Positions 18,256 to 28,427 of a DNA stretch of 64,000 nt are shown piece by piece (within the stretch, counting starts at the first letter, position 1; every line of letters starts with the position of its first letter). The notes under the pieces are model-generated. The model searched no databases and had not been told where the DNA came from. It was given only the letters and a program-made list of their open reading frames with translations. Source of the stretch: an uncultured Candidatus Binatia bacterium. Lineage in GTDB: Bacteria; Desulfobacterota; Binatia; Bin18. Position numbers and translations under genes: made by a program. Location of the stretch: positions 2,336,001 to 2,400,000 of the forward strand of contig OZ243961.1 of the NCBI GenBank assembly GCA_965214605.1, read 5' to 3'.

Positions 18256-19875
18256 ATGAGCTGGAGGAGAGCGTTAATGCGCGAGGCAGAGACTCCTCAC
18301 AAAAAGACGGCGACTGCTTCCACAGCTCTGACCAGCCTCGTTCTCCGCGCGGTGAAGCCGTGTCTCCTTGTCCATGGCGTGATCGCCGCCGTCCTGTCCG
18401 GAACCCTTCTTGTCTATATCCAATTTGCCAGTCCGCACATTGTAGGGAACGATGGATACCATCACATCAAGATGGCGGAATTAACGCTCCACCAAGGCCT
18501 CCCGCTTTCGTTCCCATGGTTGCCCTTCACCATTGTGGATGAGCAAGGCTACGCCGACCGCCATATGCTGCTCCATATTCTGCAAGCCCCCTTCACGATG
18601 GTTGCCGATTTGGTGCCGGCGTCGAAGTGGGCCGCGGTAACGCTCGCCGTTTTTGCCTGCTGTGTGTTCTATTTTTTTCTTGTCAGTTACGGGATCCGCT
18701 ATCCTTTCGTCTGGCTGCTCGTGCTTTTTGCGTCATCGTCTCCGTTTCTGTACCGGATGAGTATGGCACGGGGGCAGAGCTTGGGGTTGGCGTTTCAGTT
18801 GATGGCGATGTATCTGATTCTGAAACGTCGGCCGGTCGGTCTCGGGATTGTGGCGGTACTGTTTGTGTTGGCCTATAACGCCTTTCCGCTGCTTCTGATC
18901 CTGGTGCTAATCGGCCTGGTGACCCACTATCTCGTTGATGGCACGATTGAATATCCTCTCGTCCTCGGAACGGGAATCGGGATCGCCTGCGGCCTGGTGG
19001 TTCATCCCTACTTTCCGCAGAATGTCCTCCTGCTCTGGGATCACATCGTCCCCAAGTTGTTCGTAGTGGATTACCCCGCATCGGTCGGGGGAGAGTGGCG
19101 GCCGTATGATTCGTGGGCTTTACTGAAGCTGTCGCTCGGAGCGCACCTCGCCTATGGGAGCGCCCTAGTCCTGACCAACCGAGACGAATGGCGCCGCGAT
19201 GCCCCTCGGCTGTTCTTATTTTTGGCGGCCACGCTCTACGCGGTCCTCTTGGTCAAATCGCGGCGGTTCGTCGAATACTATCCGCCGGTGGCCGTGCTGT
19301 TCTTGGCGGTGGGATCACGGGATTGGTTGAAGTCGTTCGACGTCCGCTCTATTGCCTGGACTGACGGAAAAGTCGGCGGACTCCTAGCGGCAAGCCTCCT
19401 GCTCGCCGCCGCCCTGCAAACCACCGTCCAAGCCGCCTGGCACGATATTCACCGCCTCCCCTCGTCTGAGGCGTATAAAGGCGGAGCGGAATGGTTAGCT
19501 CACAACACCCCCAAAGGGGCGCGCGTGTTCCATACCGATTGGGACGATTTTCCCCGGCTGTTTTTCTTTAACACGCATAATACCTATATCGTCGGGCTTG
19601 ATCCCGACTTCATGCGGCTCAAAAATCCCCACTTCTACGACCGGTGGCGAGCCATCACCGCCGGGAGAGTGCGCCTACCGGGCCGGGTGATTCGTCAGAA
19701 GTTTGGGTGTGAGTACGCCTTTACCGATAACGCCCACCGGAAATTCATTGCCCTTGCCGATCGCGACCCCAGCATGCAACGGGTGTACGCAGATCAGGAG
19801 ACCACGGTGTACCGCGTGCTTGCTGAAAATACCGAGCCGCGGCGGAGCACAAACGCCCCAGTAGAGCGCCCTTAG
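18256..19875 (+). CDS. Multi-pass membrane GT-C fold transferase, STT3/AglB-like motif layout
   Basis: Many TM segments; DGYHH after TM1, FLYR, GGEWRP, RRFVEY, soluble C-terminal domain with DWDDF. Confidence 0.7.
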   Translation: MSWRRALMREAETPHKKTATASTALTSLVLRAVKPCLLVHGVIAAVLSGTLLVYIQFASPHIVGNDGYHHIKMAELTLHQGLPLSFPWLPFTIVDEQGYADRHMLLHILQAPFTMVADLVPASKWAAVTLAVFACCVFYFFLVSYGIRYPFVWLLVLFASSSPFLYRMSMARGQSLGLAFQLMAMYLILKRRPVGLGIVAVLFVLAYNAFPLLLILVLIGLVTHYLVDGTIEYPLVLGTGIGIACGLVVHPYFPQNVLLLWDHIVPKLFVVDYPASVGGEWRPYDSWALLKLSLGAHLAYGSALVLTNRDEWRRDAPRLFLFLAATLYAVLLVKSRRFVEYYPPVAVLFLAVGSRDWLKSFDVRSIAWTDGKVGGLLAASLLLAAALQTTVQAAWHDIHRLPSSEAYKGGAEWLAHNTPKGARVFHTDWDDFPRLFFFNTHNTYIVGLDPDFMRLKNPHFYDRWRAITAGRVRLPGRVIRQKFGCEYAFTDNAHRKFIALADRDPSMQRVYADQETTVYRVLAENTEPRRSTNAPVERP

Positions 19876-20735
19876 CCGGCTATCCCCCCTAGAAAGCCTA
19901 AGTGGGTACACAACAGCCTCCTTGACCGTGGCCGACGTGGGTCGTACCTCCTGTCATGCGGTCCGCTCTTGCCTCTTTTCATCACCTACCCCCGGGATTT
20001 ACGCGGCGTCAACCATCAGAAAAGCGCTGTCCTTCAGACGCGGCTTCCCGCCACCCCCATGCCAAGTCCGGCTGGACTAGAGGAATGTGGTCAGCTCGGG
20101 CTGTTTTCCGTGTCTGGAGAGCCGCCCCGGGGACACAGCTCCCGTCCCTGCGAAACGAGCGCTATTCGGCATGCTCAGAATCATTGTCAGCGGCCGAGAG
20201 GCCCGACATCGCGAGAGCACACCAGGTGATATATGGCGACAATCAGATAAGAGATCTTCTCCATGCTGTGGGATGTTGCAGGCCGGAACAAAGGCGGCGC
20301 TAACCAGCCAGACCGCGCCAAATAGGAAGACGGCGGCGGTCGTGCCCCCCTCTGATCCATATACCGAGACCGCCGTTGGCGGCGGCCTTCCGCTGACCAT
20401 GAATAAGTCAATAGACGGCAGACAGCTGAAGCTCCACACAACCGTGGCGGGCCAGCGGCGCATCTCGTCGGTCAAAACCGCCGGGGCGTCGCAGGAGACT
20501 TCCCGGTTCAGAGATGGCTGGGGCACGACTGAAACCGCAAGCATGGTCCCGGCGTATTTGGCAGTCGGAGCTGGGCCGAACGATCACTCGCCGCTACTGA
20601 GCGCGACGGATAACTTGAGGCACGCTTTTGTGGCACGCAGAGCGCGCGCCGAACGACGGCGGAGGGGGTGGACTGCCGAGGGTCCGGGTCGTCTGCCGAC
20701 CCGGGTCGGAAAACGGCTGGAGCTGTTGGCCGCTG

Positions 20736-21773
20736 TTAGCCAAACTCCGGCATGACTTCCTGGGCAAAGATCTCCAGACCGTGCTTGGCCCGGGCCGGAT
20801 CCCGTGCCCCGGCGTGCATATAAAACGCCACCTGTTCCATCCCGAACTCGTCCCGCAACTCGGTCAGCCGCCGCCGACAGTCTTGCGGAGTGCCGACAAT
20901 CGCCCGCTCCTCCAGATTGTCCGGCAGGGATTGGACTAGCTCGAGGAAGGCCTGGAGCGGATCGCCCGAACGCAGCTGAGTCATCGTCTCGGGCGGCACA
21001 AACGATGAGATGAGGTTAACATAGTTGCGGGTACACTCCTTGGCTTCGGCTATCGCCCGCTGTCGGTCGTTGTCGACAAACAGAAAAAAGATGAAGGTTG
21101 CCTGCTGCCCGCTATGGCCGTGCTCTTTCAGTAACGCTCGGTAACGCTCGACCCGGCGCCGTACCTCGAAGTGGGGCGCGGACAGCCACGGTACGACAAA
21201 GGCATTATCGCCGATGGCCCCGGCGGCTTCAAAGGATTCCATACTGAGCGTGCCGCGATAGATCGGTGGGTGGGGTTTTTGGATGGGCTTGGGCGACAGG
21301 GACAGCTCCGGGACCTGCCAGAACCGGCCTTGGTAGGAAAAGCTGTCTTGAGTCCAGGCTTGGCGGATAATTGCCAGAGCTTCTTCATAGCGGGCCTGAC
21401 TCTCCTGCGGTGGAACACAGAAGCCCTCGAAATGTTTGGGGATGATACCGCGTCCAACCCCGAAGTCGAGACGGCCGCCGCTCAAGATGTCAAGCATGGC
21501 GAAGTCCTCGGCTTTCCGGAGCGGGTTTTCAAACGGCAGCAGGCTGATCGCGGTGCCCAGGCGCAGGGTTGTTGTCTCTCGAGCCAGGGCAGTCAGAAAC
21601 AGCTGCGGACTCGGACAAATACCAAACGAGTAAAAATGTTCCTCGCCCAGCCAGACCGAGTCAAACCCCAGCTGTTCGGAACGGATAATCAGGTCAAGGG
21701 TGTCTTGATAATAGCGGACCTCGTTCTGGCGGTCCTGAAAAAAGTCGAAGAGGGAAAATAGCCCGAATTTCAT
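20736..21773 (-). CDS. LLM class flavin-dependent oxidoreductase
   Basis: GFDSVWLGEEHF, LRLGTAI, AEDFAMLDILSGGRLDFGVGRG, PKPIQKPHPP. Confidence 0.95.
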   Translation of the reverse strand: MKFGLFSLFDFFQDRQNEVRYYQDTLDLIIRSEQLGFDSVWLGEEHFYSFGICPSPQLFLTALARETTTLRLGTAISLLPFENPLRKAEDFAMLDILSGGRLDFGVGRGIIPKHFEGFCVPPQESQARYEEALAIIRQAWTQDSFSYQGRFWQVPELSLSPKPIQKPHPPIYRGTLSMESFEAAGAIGDNAFVVPWLSAPHFEVRRRVERYRALLKEHGHSGQQATFIFFLFVDNDRQRAIAEAKECTRNYVNLISSFVPPETMTQLRSGDPLQAFLELVQSLPDNLEERAIVGTPQDCRRRLTELRDEFGMEQVAFYMHAGARDPARAKHGLEIFAQEVMPEFG

Positions 21774-21829
21774 AATGCTTCCCTTTGTTACCCGCTGTGT
21801 TTTGTGGACAAAGAGCGCCGCCGTCCGTC

Positions 21830-23497
21830 CTAGAACATCCCGGAAATCCTGCCGGTCGCGTCCATCTTCATCCCAAACGCGGCCGGCTTGGCGGCTAGGC
21901 CCGGCATGGTCAACATGTCTCCGGTCAGCGGAACGCAGAAACCCGCCCCGGCCGACAGGCGAATCTCGCGGACCGACAGGGTAAAGTCACGCGGACGACC
22001 GTAGCGTTTGGGGTCGTCGGACAGCGACATTTGAGTCTTGGCCATGCAGACCGGAAAGTGGTTGTAGCCGAGGGCGTCGATCCGTTTGAGATCGGTCCGG
22101 GCACGCGGCAGCAGGCTGATATCGGCGGCGCCGTAGATCTTTTGGGCGATGGTGCGAATCTTGTCCTCAATCGGCATGTCCGAAGGATACAGAAAGCGCG
22201 GACTAGGTGGGTCCGGGCGACACGCTTCGACAATCGCCTCGGCCAGGGCCAAGCCACCCTCTCCACCCCGGCCGAACACATCGATGACTGTGGCCGGCAC
22301 GCCTAAGGCTTGGCACTCGTCTACGATCAGCCGTAATTCGTCCGGGCTATCGGCCGCAAAGCGGTTGACTGCAATGACCGGTTGCAGGCCATAGGTGCGG
22401 ACGCTCTCGGTATGTTTGGCCAGATTGTCCATCCCTGCCTTGAGGCTGCTCAGATCGGGCTTGGTCACCTCGGTGACCGGGGTGCCGCCGTGCATTTTGA
22501 GCGCTTTGGCCGTGGCCACCAACACCACCGCCGACGGCCAGATATCGGCCTCGCGGCACTTGATGTCGAGAAACTTCTCACCGCCCAGATCAAATCCGAA
22601 ACCGGCTTCGGTGACCACATAGTCGGCGTACTGGAGAGCCAGGCGTGTCGCCAACACGCTGTTGCAGCCGTGGGCAATGTTGGCAAACGGGCCGCCGTGA
22701 ACAAAGGCGGGGACGCCTTCTACGGTCTGAACCAAATTCGGTTTCAGGGCGTCTTTGAGGATGATCGCCATGGCGTCGGGCGCCCGGACGTCGCGGGCCA
22801 GGACCGGTTTGCGCTGCCGGGTAAAGCCGACCACAATCCGCGACAGGCGTTCAATGAGATCGGCCGGACCGCTGCTCAGCGACAGAATAGCCATGATTTC
22901 AGACGCGGCGGTGATATCAAAGCCGTCTTCGCGCGGGACGCCCATCAGCCGTCCGCCCAGCCCGAGGACGATCTGACGCAGCGCCCGGTCGTTCATATCC
23001 ATGACCCGCCGCCAGCGAATCTGACGCACGTCGCACTCGGTCTGGCCGTGATGCAGAGCGTTATCGAGCATGGCGGCCAACAGATTATGGGCTGAGGTGA
23101 CGGCGTGAATGTCTCCGGTGAAGTGTAGATTGATGTCCTCCATCGGCAGGACTTGTGAGCGGCCACCGCCACAGCCGCCACCTTTGACGCCGAATACCGG
23201 TCCCATTGAGGGTTCGCGGACGGCGACCGCGGCTTTTTTGCCCAAGCGGGTCAGGGCTTGGCCGAGGCCGATTGTGGTGGTGGTCTTTCCTTCTCCCGCG
23301 GGAGTCGGGGTGATCGCGGAAACAAGAATGAGTTTGCCCTGAGGATGGGCGGCGGAGAGCGCTTCGAGCCCGACCTTGGCTTTGACCCGCCCGTAGAGTT
23401 CAAGGTGTTCAGGAGGAAGGGATAAGCGGGCCGCAATCTCCTCAATCGGTTTGAGGGTTACGGCTTGGGCCACCGCCAAATTTTGCTCACGGCTCAT
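21830..23497 (-). CDS. fhs: Formate--tetrahydrofolate ligase
   Basis: TPTPAGEGKTT, EPSMGPVFGVKGG, INLHFTGD, HGGPFANIAHG, VTEAGFG, CMAKTQ; start MSREQ. Confidence 0.97.
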   Translation of the reverse strand: MSREQNLAVAQAVTLKPIEEIAARLSLPPEHLELYGRVKAKVGLEALSAAHPQGKLILVSAITPTPAGEGKTTTTIGLGQALTRLGKKAAVAVREPSMGPVFGVKGGGCGGGRSQVLPMEDINLHFTGDIHAVTSAHNLLAAMLDNALHHGQTECDVRQIRWRRVMDMNDRALRQIVLGLGGRLMGVPREDGFDITAASEIMAILSLSSGPADLIERLSRIVVGFTRQRKPVLARDVRAPDAMAIILKDALKPNLVQTVEGVPAFVHGGPFANIAHGCNSVLATRLALQYADYVVTEAGFGFDLGGEKFLDIKCREADIWPSAVVLVATAKALKMHGGTPVTEVTKPDLSSLKAGMDNLAKHTESVRTYGLQPVIAVNRFAADSPDELRLIVDECQALGVPATVIDVFGRGGEGGLALAEAIVEACRPDPPSPRFLYPSDMPIEDKIRTIAQKIYGAADISLLPRARTDLKRIDALGYNHFPVCMAKTQMSLSDDPKRYGRPRDFTLSVREIRLSAGAGFCVPLTGDMLTMPGLAAKPAAFGMKMDATGRISGMF

Positions 23498-23686
23498 AGA
23501 GGGGATTCCTTTCAAAAGTGGGATGGCGACACCTTCATGAGCCGAAAGAGACCATCGTTCACTTTGTCTGGGCTCTGCTGCTGAATTGTCCACCCGGAAG
23601 CGAAGGCTTGTCAAGAAGGTGGCCCGTGATATACACAGGGCCGCACCCGCACTGGCGGGACGAAACACAGGGCATTCGGAGGAAGC

Positions 23687-24721
23687 ATGGCAGCGGCACG
23701 GGACAACCTGCACCGCCTACGGAATTTGGCGCTCAGTCTTGTCGTCAGCGGTGGTTTTCTCTACCTGGCCTTTCGGAATGTCGAACTCAACGAACTGCTC
23801 GAGGCACTGGCCCGGGTAGACGGCAATTGGTTGCTGGTGGCGGTAGTCGTCAGCCTGTTGATTATGGTGTTCCGGGCCTGGCGCTGGCAGCTGGAACTAC
23901 GGCCGCTGGAGCACGTGCCGCTTGGTCGTCTGTGGGTTATCTCATCGGTCGCCTATTTGGCCATCAATCTGCTGCCGGTTCGGCTGGGCGAGATCGTCCG
24001 CCCCTGGCTCCTGTCACGTCGTTCAAGCGTGTCGTTCTCGAATGTGGTCGGCAACCTGGTGTTGGAGAAAACGGTCGACCTGCTTGTGGTGGTTTTTTAT
24101 ATCCTCGTCGGGCTGCTGACGATCGGCGCTCTGCCGCCGTGGGTGCGCCAGCTGGCGCTGTTTCCGGCCGGAGTGGCCGTGGTCTTGGTCAGTTTGGTGC
24201 TGCTTTTCTGGTGGAAAGGCGAGGTGTTCGTTGAGCGCTGGGCGCTACGGGTCCTGCCTCAGGGCTTTGGCGACCGTCTCAAAGCGATCCTCGCCTCGGT
24301 CGTCGAGGGCATGAAGGTGATTCCCAACACAGGCCTCCTGCTGGCCGTGTTTGTGGTCTCGCTGGCGCTGTGGTTTCTGCCCATTCTCTCCAGTTATATT
24401 ATGATCCGCGCCTTTGATCTGGACGCGCCGTTTAGTGCCGCCCTGGTGGTGTTTATCTTTATCGGCTTTGGCACGGCGCTGCCCAATCTGCCGGGCATGA
24501 TCGGGCCCTACCAATACGCCTGTCAGCTGGCGCTGGGTCTGTTCGGAGTCAGCCAAGTGGACGGTTTGGCCTATGGTTTGGTGCTGAACGCCGTCCAGTT
24601 TCTGACCCTTGTTGCCCAGGGTTTGTGTGCCCTCCCCATTGCCGGGGTGCGCTTTGCCGATATCCGGAAGGCCGGCGATGAGAGGAAATTGGAAGGGGCA
24701 GACGTCAGGTACGATTTATAG
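23687..24721 (+). CDS. Lysylphosphatidylglycerol synthase TM-domain / flippase-like membrane protein
   Basis: RAWRW, NLLPVRLGEIVR, LEK..D, PNLPGMIGPYQ; multi-TM. Confidence 0.85.
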   Translation: MAAARDNLHRLRNLALSLVVSGGFLYLAFRNVELNELLEALARVDGNWLLVAVVVSLLIMVFRAWRWQLELRPLEHVPLGRLWVISSVAYLAINLLPVRLGEIVRPWLLSRRSSVSFSNVVGNLVLEKTVDLLVVVFYILVGLLTIGALPPWVRQLALFPAGVAVVLVSLVLLFWWKGEVFVERWALRVLPQGFGDRLKAILASVVEGMKVIPNTGLLLAVFVVSLALWFLPILSSYIMIRAFDLDAPFSAALVVFIFIGFGTALPNLPGMIGPYQYACQLALGLFGVSQVDGLAYGLVLNAVQFLTLVAQGLCALPIAGVRFADIRKAGDERKLEGADVRYDL

Positions 24722-24787
24722 GAAAACCGATGCTGCAACATGGACGGAAGGCGATGAGAGGAAATTGGAAGGGGCGGCCGCCAGGTA
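24674..24787. repeat. Two direct repeats: 26 bp identical (ggcgatgagaggaaattggaaggggc), about 38 bp imperfect, period 76
   Basis: Copies at 24674-24711 and 24750-24787. Confidence 0.9.
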
Positions 24788-24797
24788 GGGGCGAGTG

Positions 24798-25433
24798 TCA
24801 TTCCTGGTTTCTATGCGGTGCGGTACGGCGGGCGTGCAAAAAAAAGCGCAGCCGCAGACCCATCGCCAGCAAGAGATAGGCGAGCCAGAGGCCGAGCAGG
24901 CCGTGCTCAACGAGATCGGGCAGGAGCTGCTGCCCGAGGGCTGTATGCAGACCCAGCACCCCGGTTCCGATAAAATTGAGAATCCCCGCCCAGTGGCCAA
25001 TTGGATTGGAGACCAGAACGACACTCGTATCGCGGTCCGACAGCAGCCAAGAGTCCAGCACGTACTGGCCGAAGGCCACGGCCACGGCCGTCGGAATCCA
25101 CCACGGCAGCGTGCCTAGGTGGACCAGATACCCGAGCGTTACGAGCAGAAAGCTGATATCGGCCAGATTATCGAAGATTTTTCCCCGCTCAGAGCTCAGT
25201 CCCAGCGTCCGGGCAACCGGGCCGTCGTAATAGTCGCTGGCGCAGATCAGGAGAAACAGACTGGTGACCAGACCGGCCTTCTCCACGCTTGGCTGGCGCC
25301 AGCCGGTTTCAATGGCGCACACAAAAAGCGGGGTCAGGAGAAGCCGCAGCCCAGTCAGCACATGAGCAAAATTAAACGGCCGCTGGTCGGGGAGAAAGAA
25401 GTCTTTTCTGTTGACAGAATGCTCCGTCGCCAT
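24798..25433 (-). CDS. CDP-alcohol phosphatidyltransferase family protein
   Basis: LTGLRL; DYYDGPVARTLGLSSERGKIFDNLAD signature. Confidence 0.92.
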   Translation of the reverse strand: MATEHSVNRKDFFLPDQRPFNFAHVLTGLRLLLTPLFVCAIETGWRQPSVEKAGLVTSLFLLICASDYYDGPVARTLGLSSERGKIFDNLADISFLLVTLGYLVHLGTLPWWIPTAVAVAFGQYVLDSWLLSDRDTSVVLVSNPIGHWAGILNFIGTGVLGLHTALGQQLLPDLVEHGLLGLWLAYLLLAMGLRLRFFLHARRTAPHRNQE

Positions 25434-25530
25434 GACCCCTTAGTCTAGAGAGAAAAAAAGAGAAACGGAACCGAGGCGCGGACAGACGGGCCGGCGGGGG
25501 CAGGCCGTGGGCCACAAAGCCGCGTCTCGG

Positions 25531-26130
25531 TCAGGGGCTCGCTTCGGCGGGGAGGGTGGCGGAGGGTGGCGGCTCTATGCGCCTGACGATGTTTTCGATT
25601 TTGAGGATGGTGACATCAAAGGTCAGCTCCTGGCCGGCCAGGGGATGGTTGGTGTCGATTGTGGCGCTGGTGTCGCTGATTGCAATGACCTTGGCGAACT
25701 GCACCTGTCCGTCCGGTCCTGTACCCTGGAGCTGGGCACCGACTTGACGCGCCTGCTCAGGAATCCGCTCCAGCGGCACTTGGTGGGTCCGGCTGGAATC
25801 ACGCTCGCCGTAGGCGTCTTGGGGAGATACCAGGATCTTTTTCTTGTCGCCGGTCTTAAGGCCGAGCAGTCCCTGCTCAAGTCCTCTGACAAGCTCACCT
25901 CTGCCGTGGATATAAACTAACGGCTCTTGCCCAACGTTTGTGCCCACCTGGGTACCGTCGTCCAAAGTTAAGGTATATTCGAGCGCGACCTGTTTGCCGT
26001 CGGCGACCGCCATGTCCGTGCCGGCCTCGTCCTCAGACCGGCCGCGTGTACTCCAGCCGGCGAGAAGGACCACCACTGCGTAGACCATGCCTGTTCTCCA
26101 GATTGAACGTGTCGTTGAACGTGTCGTCAT
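25531..26130 (-). CDS. FKBP-type peptidyl-prolyl isomerase (SlyD-like) with N-terminal signal/anchor
   Basis: YTLTLDDG, PLVYIHG, GLEQGLLG, PQDAYGE, IDTNHPLAGQELTFDV. Confidence 0.9.
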   Translation of the reverse strand: MTTRSTTRSIWRTGMVYAVVVLLAGWSTRGRSEDEAGTDMAVADGKQVALEYTLTLDDGTQVGTNVGQEPLVYIHGRGELVRGLEQGLLGLKTGDKKKILVSPQDAYGERDSSRTHQVPLERIPEQARQVGAQLQGTGPDGQVQFAKVIAISDTSATIDTNHPLAGQELTFDVTILKIENIVRRIEPPPSATLPAEASP

Positions 26131-26187
26131 AGTATGTCTCTCCTTGCTCTTCAAAAGAGGACGTGGCTGGAGTCACAGGCTTGGGCC

Positions 26188-27090
26188 CTACAGCATACGC
26201 GGCGGATTCAGATGGGAGCCAAGCGTGCCTTTAAACACTTTGAACAGGTGGTCGAGGTCCCACGGACCCGGGCTGTAGATCGTCTTTTCCGGCTCAAGAT
26301 GGGTATAGACGGCGATCCGGTAGCCGCTGGCGCCAAACGCCTGGCCCGTCACCTCCTGGGCGTCGTCACTGGCCAAGAAGACGACAATCGGGGCGACATT
26401 GGCCGGGTCCATGGGGCTGCTCTGCTCCTGGGCCGCTTCACTGCTCTCGGTCAATCCCATCTGCTGGGCAAAATTGGCTGGAATGGTGTCGGTCATACGG
26501 GTCGCCGCACCGGGGAGGATGGCGTTACAGGTGACACCGTATTTCTTGAGGGCGTTTGCGCAGCTATACGTCAAACCCAGAATGCCTGCTTTGGCGGCTG
26601 CATAGTTGGGTTGGCCGGGGGCGCCGAGGGCTGAACCAGACGAAAAATTGATGATCCGGCCTCCCTTTTGCTGGCGCATCAGGGCCGAAGCCGGACGAAT
26701 GGTGCAGAAATGACCCTTCAGATGGACCGCGATCACTGCGTCCCACTCTTCTTCGCTCATATTGAAGATCATGCGGTCGCGCAGAATTCCGGCGCAGTTG
26801 ACCAAAATGTCCAGTTTGCCAAAGCTGTCGACCGCGGTTTGGATCAGGTGCTCGCCGCCCTGGACGGTCGCCACACTGTCGGTATTGGCCACGGCCTGGC
26901 CACCGGCGGCGGTAATCTCGTCCACCACCTGCTGGGCCGGACTGGCATCCTGCCCCTCCCCATCCACGCTGGCACCTAGGTCGTTGACCACGACCTTTGC
27001 TCCCTCGCGGGCCATAAGTGTGGCGATCCCGCGTCCAATCCCGCGTCCTGAGCCGGTAACGACTGCAACTTTTCCGTCAAGTTTGCCCAT
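26188..27090 (-). CDS. SDR family oxidoreductase
   Basis: VTGSGRGIG, VVVNDLG, NCAGILRD, YAAAK. Confidence 0.95.
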   Translation of the reverse strand: MGKLDGKVAVVTGSGRGIGRGIATLMAREGAKVVVNDLGASVDGEGQDASPAQQVVDEITAAGGQAVANTDSVATVQGGEHLIQTAVDSFGKLDILVNCAGILRDRMIFNMSEEEWDAVIAVHLKGHFCTIRPASALMRQQKGGRIINFSSGSALGAPGQPNYAAAKAGILGLTYSCANALKKYGVTCNAILPGAATRMTDTIPANFAQQMGLTESSEAAQEQSSPMDPANVAPIVVFLASDDAQEVTGQAFGASGYRIAVYTHLEPEKTIYSPGPWDLDHLFKVFKGTLGSHLNPPRML

Positions 27091-27113
27091 TGTTCTTCCT
27101 CCTTCGCTTTAGG

Positions 27114-28298
27114 TCATCCTTTTGGTAGTCCCAAGACCCGATCGCCCAAGATGCCGCGCTGAATCTCCGAGGTGCCTCCGGCTATGGTCAGTAAACGATA
27201 GGCTAGGGCGGCCTTGGGCCAGCGTCCGTTTCTGAGTGTATGGGCCGAGCCCTGAACCAGTTGGGCGTAGGGGCCGAGCAGTTCGGTGGCAAACATGGCC
27301 AGCCGCATATTCAGCTCAGAGCCGGCCAGTTTGTTGACCGAGCCTTCGGGACCGGGTGGATTGCCCTGGATACGTTTGCTGAGGCTGCGGAACATGTTGT
27401 AGGTGAGGGCCTTGCACTCGATCGAGAACTGGGCCAGTTGCTGACGAACGGCCGGGTCTTGGGTGGCGGGTTTCCCGTTGAGGTCAAGCTCTTTGGCCAG
27501 GCTGATGAGTTCATCCAGATGGCGGTGAACCGGCAGCTCGTTGCCGATCCCGGCCCGCTCGTGCATGAGGGTGGTAACCAGGACCTTCCAGCCCTCGTCT
27601 TGGGGACCGATTAAATTTGTGCGAGGCACGTGGACGTCTTCAAAAAAGACCTCGTTGAACTCGGCATCTCCGGTCATCTGCACCAACGGCCGCAGCGTCA
27701 GCCCAGGCGTCTTCATATCGACCATCAGACAGCTGATGCCTTTGTGTTTGGGAGCATCCGGGCTGGTGCGCACAAACAGCTGGATATAGTCGGCGCGGTG
27801 GGCAAAGCTGGTCCACACTTTCTGGCCATTCACCACAAAATAGTCGCCCTGTTCGACCGCCCGGGTTTGCATTGAGGCCAGGTCAGAGCCGGCGTTGGGC
27901 TCCGACAGACCCTCACACCAGATTTCCTCCCCGGACAGAATTTTGGGGAGGTGGTCTTTTTTTTGCTCGTCCGTCCCCCAGTGAATCAGCGTTGGACCGG
28001 CCATCATGAGACCCAGCGTATTGGCAAAACGCGGCGCGCGAGCCTTGGCCACCTCCTGATTATAGATGAACATCTCCATCAGGCTGGCCCCTCGGCCTCC
28101 GTACTCTTTGGGCCAATGAATACCGACCCAGCCCCCCTCAGAGGCGGTCTTTTGCCAGGCGCGCTGATACTCAAAGCGGGCATCGGTGTCAATCTCGTCA
28201 AAGTGCTGCGGATCATAGCCTTCCGGCAAATTGGCTTGCAGCCAGGCCTGCACTTCCTGACGAAAGGCTTCCTCTTCTGGGGTAAAATTAAAATCCAT
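27114..28298 (-). CDS. Acyl-CoA dehydrogenase family protein
   Basis: WPKEYGG, WCEGLSEPNAGSDLAS, NGQKVWTS, FNEVFFEDV, IAGGTSEIQR. Confidence 0.95.
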   Translation of the reverse strand: MDFNFTPEEEAFRQEVQAWLQANLPEGYDPQHFDEIDTDARFEYQRAWQKTASEGGWVGIHWPKEYGGRGASLMEMFIYNQEVAKARAPRFANTLGLMMAGPTLIHWGTDEQKKDHLPKILSGEEIWCEGLSEPNAGSDLASMQTRAVEQGDYFVVNGQKVWTSFAHRADYIQLFVRTSPDAPKHKGISCLMVDMKTPGLTLRPLVQMTGDAEFNEVFFEDVHVPRTNLIGPQDEGWKVLVTTLMHERAGIGNELPVHRHLDELISLAKELDLNGKPATQDPAVRQQLAQFSIECKALTYNMFRSLSKRIQGNPPGPEGSVNKLAGSELNMRLAMFATELLGPYAQLVQGSAHTLRNGRWPKAALAYRLLTIAGGTSEIQRGILGDRVLGLPKG

Positions 28299-28427
28299 GT
28301 GTCAGTCCCTCCGCGCCAGCTAGCTTAACCGCTTCGCCAGCCAGGGTAAAGGGTCGCAGCAGGGCTTGCGATTTCGGCTGCGGCGCGCCATAAGGGCGTC
28401 TAGAGCCAACAGAGGTGGGAGCGTCGT

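Noticed and set aside
19900-20730. About 800 bp gap with overlapping ORFs (20077..20544, 20087..20755)
   Set aside because: No recognisable protein motif or RNA structure; cannot support a call
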